From positions 6,200,001 through 6,264,000 of the forward strand of contig OZ024740.1 in NCBI GenBank assembly GCA_964016885.1: a DNA stretch of 64,000 nucleotides, written 5' to 3'. Positions 57,101-64,000 of the stretch are shown here, in pieces. Under the pieces are notes generated by a model. It had not been told where the DNA came from and searched no databases. It worked only from the letters and a program-made list of their open reading frames with translations. A program made the position numbers and the translations under genes. The stretch comes from Eledone cirrhosa. Its lineage: Eukaryota. Each line of letters starts with the position of its first letter. Within the stretch, counting starts at the first letter, position 1.

Positions 57101-60000
57101 AAGAGATTTATGCCAAAATATTCATAGAACTGGTATATATATGATTCTATAGTGTCCTTAGTAGAAATTCTTCACCAAAGATTTTATACCAGAATATTCA
57201 TAGAACTGGTATATTTATGATTGTATAGTGTCCTTCGTAGAAATTCTTAAGCAAAGAGATCTTTACCAAAATATTCATAGAACTGGTATATATATGATTG
57301 TATAGTGTCCTTAGTAGAAATTCTTCACGAAAGATTTTATACCCAAATATTTATAGAACTGGTATATATATGATTGTATAGTATCCTCAGTAGAAATTCT
57401 TCACCAAAGAGATTTATACCAACATATTCATAGAACTGGTATATATATGATTGTATAGTGTACTTAGTAGAAGTTCTTCTCCAAAGAGATTTATACTAAA
57501 ACATTCATAGAACTGGTATATATATGATTGTGTAGTGTCCTTAGTAGAAATACTTCACCAAAGAGATGTATACCAAAATATTTATAGAACTGGTATATAT
57601 ATGATTGTATAGTGTCCTTAGAAGAAATTCTTCACCAAAGAGATTTATGCCAAAATATTCATAGAACTGGTATATATATTATTATATAGTGTCCTTAGTA
57701 GAAATTCTTCACCAAAGAGATTTATACCAAAATATTCATAGAACTGGTATATATATGATTGTATAATGTCCTTAGTAGAAATTCTTCACCAAAGATTTTA
57801 TACCAGAATAATCATAGAACTGGTTTATTTATGATTGTATAGTGTCCTTCGTAGAAATTCTTAAGCAAAGAGATTTTTACCAAAATATTCATAGAACTGG
57901 TATATATATGATTGTATAGTGTCCTTAGTAGAGGTTCTTCACCAAAGAGAATTATACCAAAATGTTCATAGAACTGGTATATATATGATTGTATAGTGTC
58001 CTTAGTAGAAATTCTTCACGAAAGATTTTATACCCAAATATTCATAGAACTGGTATATATATGATCGTATAGTGTTCTTAGTAGAAATTGTTTACGAAAG
58101 AGAATTATAGCCAAGTACTCATAGAACTGGTATATATATGATTGTATAGTGTCCTTAGTAGAAATACTTCACCAAACAGATTTATACCAAAATATTCATA
58201 GAACTGGTATATATATGATTGTATAGTGTCCTCAGTAGAAATTCTTCACCAAAGAGATTTATACCAACATATTCATAGAACTGGTATATATATGATTGTA
58301 TAGTGTACTTAGTAGAAGTTCTTCACCAAAGTGATTTATACCAAAATATTCATAGATCTGGTATATATATGATTGTATAGTGTCCTTACTAGAAATACTT
58401 CACCAAAGAGATTTATACCAAAATATTCATAGAACTGGTTATATATGATAGTATAGTGTCCTTAGTAGAAATTCTTCACCAAAGAGATTTATACCAAAAT
58501 ATTCATAGCACTGGTATATATATGATTGTATAGTGTCCTCAGTAGAAATTCTTCACCAAAGAGATTACCAAAATATTCATAGAACAGCTATATTTATGAT
58601 CGTATAGTGTCCTTAGTAGAAATACTTCACCAAAGAGATTTATACCAAAATATTCACAGAACTGGTATATATATGATTGTCTAGTGTCCTTAGTAGAAAT
58701 TCTTCACCAAAGAGATTCATACCAAAATATTCATAGAACTGGTATATATATGATTGCATAGTGTCCTTAGTAGAAATTCTTCACCAAACAGATTCATACC
58801 AAAATATTCATAGAACTTGTATATTTATGATTGTATAGTGTCCTGAGTAGAAATTATTCACCAAAGAGATTTATACCAAAACATTCATAGAACTTGTATA
58901 TTTATGACTGTATAGTGTCCTGTGTAGAAATTCTTCACCAAAGTGATTTATACCCAAATATTCATAGAACTGGTATATATATGATTGTATAATGTCCTTC
59001 GTAGCAATTCTTCACCAAACAGATTTATACAAAAATATTCATAGAACTGGTATACATATATGATTGTATAGTGTCCTTAGTAGAAGTTCTTCACCAAAGA
59101 CTTTATACCAAAATATTCATAGAACTGGTATATATATGATTGTATAGTGTCCTTCGTAGAAATTCTTAAGCAAAGAGATTTATACCAAAATATTCATAGA
59201 ACTGGTATATATATGATTGTGTAGTGTCCTTAGTAGAAATTCTTCACCAAAGAGAATTATACCAAAATATTCAAAGAAATGGTATATATATGATTATATA
59301 GTGTCCTTAGTAGAAATTCTTCACCAAAGAGATTTATACCAAAATATTCATAGAACTGGTATATATATGATTGTATAATGTCCTTAGTAGAAATTCTTCA
59401 CCAAAGATTTTATACCAGAATATTCATAGAACTGGTATATTTATGATTGTATAGTGTCCTTAGTAGAAATTCTTAAGCAAAGAGATTTTTACCAAAATAT
59501 TCATAGAACTGGTATATATATGATTGTATAGTGTCCTTAGTAGAGGTTCTTCACCAAAGAGAATTATACCAAAATATTCATAGAACTGGTATATATATGA
59601 TTGTATAGTGTCCTTAGTAGAAATTCTTCACGAAAGATTTCATACCCAAATATTCATAGAACTGGTATATATATGATCGTATAGTGTTCTTAGTAGAAAT
59701 TGTTTACCAAAGAGAATTATAGCCAAATATTCATAGAACTGGTATACATATGATTGTATAGTGTCCTTAGTAGAAATACTTCACCCAAAAGATTTATACC
59801 AAAATATTCATAGAACTGGTATATATATGATTGTATAGTGTCACTAGTAGAAATTCTTCTCGAAAGAGATCCATACAAAAATATTCATAGAACTGGTATA
59901 TATATGATTGTATAGTGTCCTCAGTAGAAATTCTTCACCAAAGAGATTTATACCAACATATTCATAGAACTGGTATATATATGATTGTATAGTGTACTTA
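51170..60000. repeat. Higher-order repeat of 51-54 monomers (about 3.9-4.15 kb), just over 2 copies
   Basis: cgaaagaGatccata at 51796, 55717 and 59868 (3921, 4151); Gccaagtactc at 54113 and 58110 (3997). Boundaries are approximate. Confidence 0.82.
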
Positions 60001-61257
60001 GTAGAAGATCTTCACCAAAGAGAATTATACCAAAATATTCATAGAACTGGTATATATATGATTGTATAGTGTCCTTTGTAGAAATACTTCACCAAAGAGA
60101 TTTATACCAAAATATTCATAGATCTGGTATATATATGATTGTATAGTGTCCTTACTAGAAATACTTCACCAAAGAGATTTATACCAAAATATTCATAGAA
60201 CTGGTTATATATGACAGTATAGTGTCCTTAGTAGAAATTCTTCACCAAAGAGATTTATACCAAAATATTCATAGCACTGGTATATATATGATTGTATAGT
60301 GTCCTCAGTAGAAATTCTTCACCAAAGAGATTACAAAAATATTCATAGAACTGGTATACATATGATTGCATAGTGTCCCCGGTAGAAATTCTTCACCAAA
60401 GAGATTTATACCAAAATATTCATAGAACTGGTATATATATGTTTGTATAGTGTCCTTAGTAGAAATTCTTCTCCAAAGAGATTTATACTAAAACATTCAT
60501 AGAACTGGTATATATATATGATTGTGTAGTGACCTTAGTAGAAATACTTCACCAAAGAGATGTATACCAAAATATTTATTGAACTGGTATATATATGATT
60601 GTATAGTGTCCTTAGAAGAAATTCTTCACCAAAGAGATTTATGCCAAAATATTCATAGAACTGGTATATATATGATTCTATAGTGTCCTTAGTAGAAATT
60701 CTGCACGAAAGAGATTTATACCAAAATATTCATAGTACTGGTATATATATGATTGTATAATGTCCTTAGTAGAAATTCTTCACCAAAGATTTTATACCAG
60801 AATATTCATAGAACTGGTATATTTATGATTGTATAGTGTCCTTCGTAGAAATTCTTAAGCAAAGAGATTTTTACCAAAATATTCATAGAACTGGTATATA
60901 TATGATTGTATAGTGTCCTTAGTAGAAATTCTTCACGAAAGATTTTATACCCAAATATTCATAGAACTGGTATATATATGATTGTATAGTGTCCTCAGTA
61001 GAAATTCTTCACCAAAGAGATTTATACCAACATATTCATAGAACTGGTATATATATGATTGTATAGTGTACTTAGTAGAAGTTCTTCTCCAAAGAGATTT
61101 ATACTATAACATTCATAGAACTGGTATATATATGATTGTGTAGTGTCCTTAGTAGAAATACTTCACCAAAGAGATGTATACCAAAATATTTATAGAACTG
61201 GTATATATATGATTGTATAGTGTCCTTAGAAGAAATTCTTCACCAAAGAGATTTATG

Positions 61258-63739
61258 CCAAAATATTCATAGAACTGGTATATATATTATTATATAGTGT
61301 CCTTAGTAGAAATTCTTCACCAAAGAGATTTATACCAAAATATTCATAGAACTGGTATATATATGATTGTATGATGTCCTTAGTAGAAATTCTTCACCAA
61401 AGATTTTATACCAGAATATTCATAGAACTGGTTTATTTATGATTGTATAGTGTCCTTCGTAGAAATTCTTAAGCAAAGAGATTTTTACCAAAATATTCAT
61501 AGAACTGGTATATATATGATTGTATAGTGTCCTTAGTAGAGGTTCTTCACCAAAGAGAATTATACCAAAATATTCATAGAACTGGTATATATATGATTGT
61601 ATAGTGTCCTTAGTAGAAATTCTTCACGAAAGATTTTATACCCAAATATTCATAGAACTGGTATATATATGATCGTATAGTGTTCTTAGTAGAAATTGTT
61701 TACCAAAGAGAATTATAGCCAAATATTCATAGAACTGGTATATATATGATTGTATAGTGTCCTTAGTAGAAATACTTCACCAAACAGATTTATACCAAAA
61801 TATTCATAGAACTGGTATATATATGATTGTATAGTGTCACTAGTAGAAATTCTTCTCGAAAGAGATTCATACCAAAATATTCATAGAACTGGTATATATA
61901 TGATTGTATAGTGTCCTCAGTAGAAATTCTTCACCAAAGAGATTTATACCAACATATTCATAGAACTGGTATATATATGATTCTATAGTGTACTTAGTAG
62001 AAGTTCTTCACCAAAGAGAATTATACCAAAATATTCATAGAACTGGTATATATATGATTGTATAGTGTCATTTGTAGAAATACTTCACCAAAGAGATTTA
62101 TACCAAAATATTCATAGATCTGGTATATATATGATTGTATAGTGTCCTTACTAGAAATACTGCACCAAAGAGATTTATACCAAAATATTCATAGAACTGG
62201 TTATATATGATAGTATAGTGTCCTTAGTAGAAATTCTTCACCAAAGAGATTTATACCAAAATATTCATAGCACTGGAATATATATGATTGTATAGTGTCC
62301 TCAGTAGAAATTCTTCACCAAAGAGATTACCAAAATATTCATAGAACAGCTATATTTATGATTGTATGGTGTCCTTAGTAGAAATACTTCACCAAAGAGA
62401 TTTATACCAAAATATTCACAGAACTGGTATATATATGATTGTCTAGTGTCCTTAGTAGAAATTCTTCACCAAAGAGATTCATACCAAAATATTCATAGAA
62501 CTGGTATATATATTATTATATAGTGTCCTTAGTAGAAATTCTTCACCAAAGAGATTTATACCAAAATATTCATAGAACTGGTATATATATGATTGTATGA
62601 TGTCCTTAGTAGAAATTCTTCACCAAAGATTTTATACCAGAATATTCATAGAACTGGTTTATTTATGATTGTATAGTGTCCTTCGTAGAAATTCTTAAGC
62701 AAAGAGATTTTTACCAAAATATTCATAGAACTGGTATATATATGATTGTATAGTGTCCTTAGTAGAGGTTCTTCACCAAAGAGAATTATACCAAAATATT
62801 CATAGAACTGGTATATATATGATTGTATAGTGTCCTTAGTAGAAATTCTTCACGAAAGATTTTATACCCAAATATTCATAGAACTGGTATATATATGATC
62901 GTATAGTGTTCTTAGTAGAAATTGTTTACCAAAGAGAATTATAGCCAAATATTCATAGAACTGGTATATATATGATTGTATAGTGTCCTTAGTAGAAATA
63001 CTTCACCAAACAGATTTATACCAAAATATTCATAGAACTGGTATATATATGATTGTATAGTGTCACTAGTAGAAATTCTTCTCGAAAGAGATTCATACCA
63101 AAATATTCATAGAACTGGTATATATATGATTGTATAGTGTCCTCAGTAGAAATTCTTCACCAAAGAGATTTATACCAACATATTCATAGAACTGGTATAT
63201 ATATGATTCTATAGTGTACTTAGTAGAAGTTCTTCACCAAAGAGAATTATACCAAAATATTCATAGAACTGGTATATATATGATTGTATAGTGTCATTTG
63301 TAGAAATACTTCACCAAAGAGATTTATACCAAAATATTCATAGATCTGGTATATATATGATTGTATAGTGTCCTTACTAGAAATACTGCACCAAAGAGAT
63401 TTATACCAAAATATTCATAGAACTGGTTATATATGATAGTATAGTGTCCTTAGTAGAAATTCTTCACCAAAGAGATTTATACCAAAATATTCATAGCACT
63501 GGAATATATATGATTGTATAGTGTCCTCAGTAGAAATTCTTCACCAAAGAGATTACCAAAATATTCATAGAACAGCTATATTTATGATTGTATGGTGTCC
63601 TTAGTAGAAATACTTCACCAAAGAGATTTATACCAAAATATTCACAGAACTGGTATATATATGATTGTCTAGTGTCCTTAGTAGAAATTCTTCACCAAAG
63701 AGATTCATACCAAAATATTCATAGAACTGGTATATATAT
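61258..63739. repeat. Tandem duplication of a 16-monomer block (1226 bp x2)
   Basis: gtAtgatgtcc at 61371 and 62597; tagCactggaat at 62271 and 63497. Both pairs are 1226 bp apart. Confidence 0.88.
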
Positions 63740-64000
63740 GATTGCATAGTGTCCTTAGTAGAAATTCTTCACCAAACAGATTCATACCAAAATATTCACA
63801 GAACTGGTATATATATGATTGTATAATGTCCTTAGTAGCAATTCTTCACCAAACAGATTTATACAAAAATATTCATAGAACTGGTATACATATATGATTG
63901 TATAGTGTCCTTAGTAGAAGTTCTTCACCAAAGACTTTATACCAAAATATTCATAGAACTGGTATATATATGATTGTATAGTGTCCTTCGTAGAAATTCT

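Larger units (their letters stand above)
44362..64000. repeat. 77-bp tandem satellite array, right arm (about 255 monomers; extends beyond window end)
   Basis: The array resumes at 44362 (ttgtttagtgtccttagtag...), which is the next base of the monomer interrupted at 43428. Same consensus and orientation as the left arm. Confidence 0.99.

Noticed and set aside
1-64000. CRISPR-like or other repeat-spacer array
   Set aside because: The whole 77-bp unit is repeated with scattered point variants. There are no unique spacers, no leader and no cas genes.

Overview
Non-coding, eukaryote-type satellite DNA. About 98.5% of the window is one head-to-tail tandem array of an AT-rich 77-bp monomer (about 27% GC; consensus ATATATATGATTGTATAGTGTCCTTAGTAGAAATTCTTCACCAAAGAGATTTATACCAAAATATTCATAGAACTGGT). 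There are roughly 820 copies, all in one orientation, and the array runs off both ends of the window. It is interrupted once, at 43429-44361, by a 933-bp non-autonomous Helitron on the minus strand: 5'-TC...CTAG-3' ends, a subterminal GC hairpin, an A|T target and no TSD. The Helitron carries its own 37-bp minisatellite. Monomer variants are not random. They form a patchwork of local higher-order duplications (6, 8, 16, 22, 26, 27, 29, 39-40, 50 and 51-54 monomers) and regional variant domains. The monomer looks like an old dimer of a 38/39-bp unit and contains dyad symmetries. No credible protein-coding gene, RNA gene or CRISPR array is visible, and the host taxon cannot be assigned from the sequence. 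All periods were measured by eye from rare marker variants.
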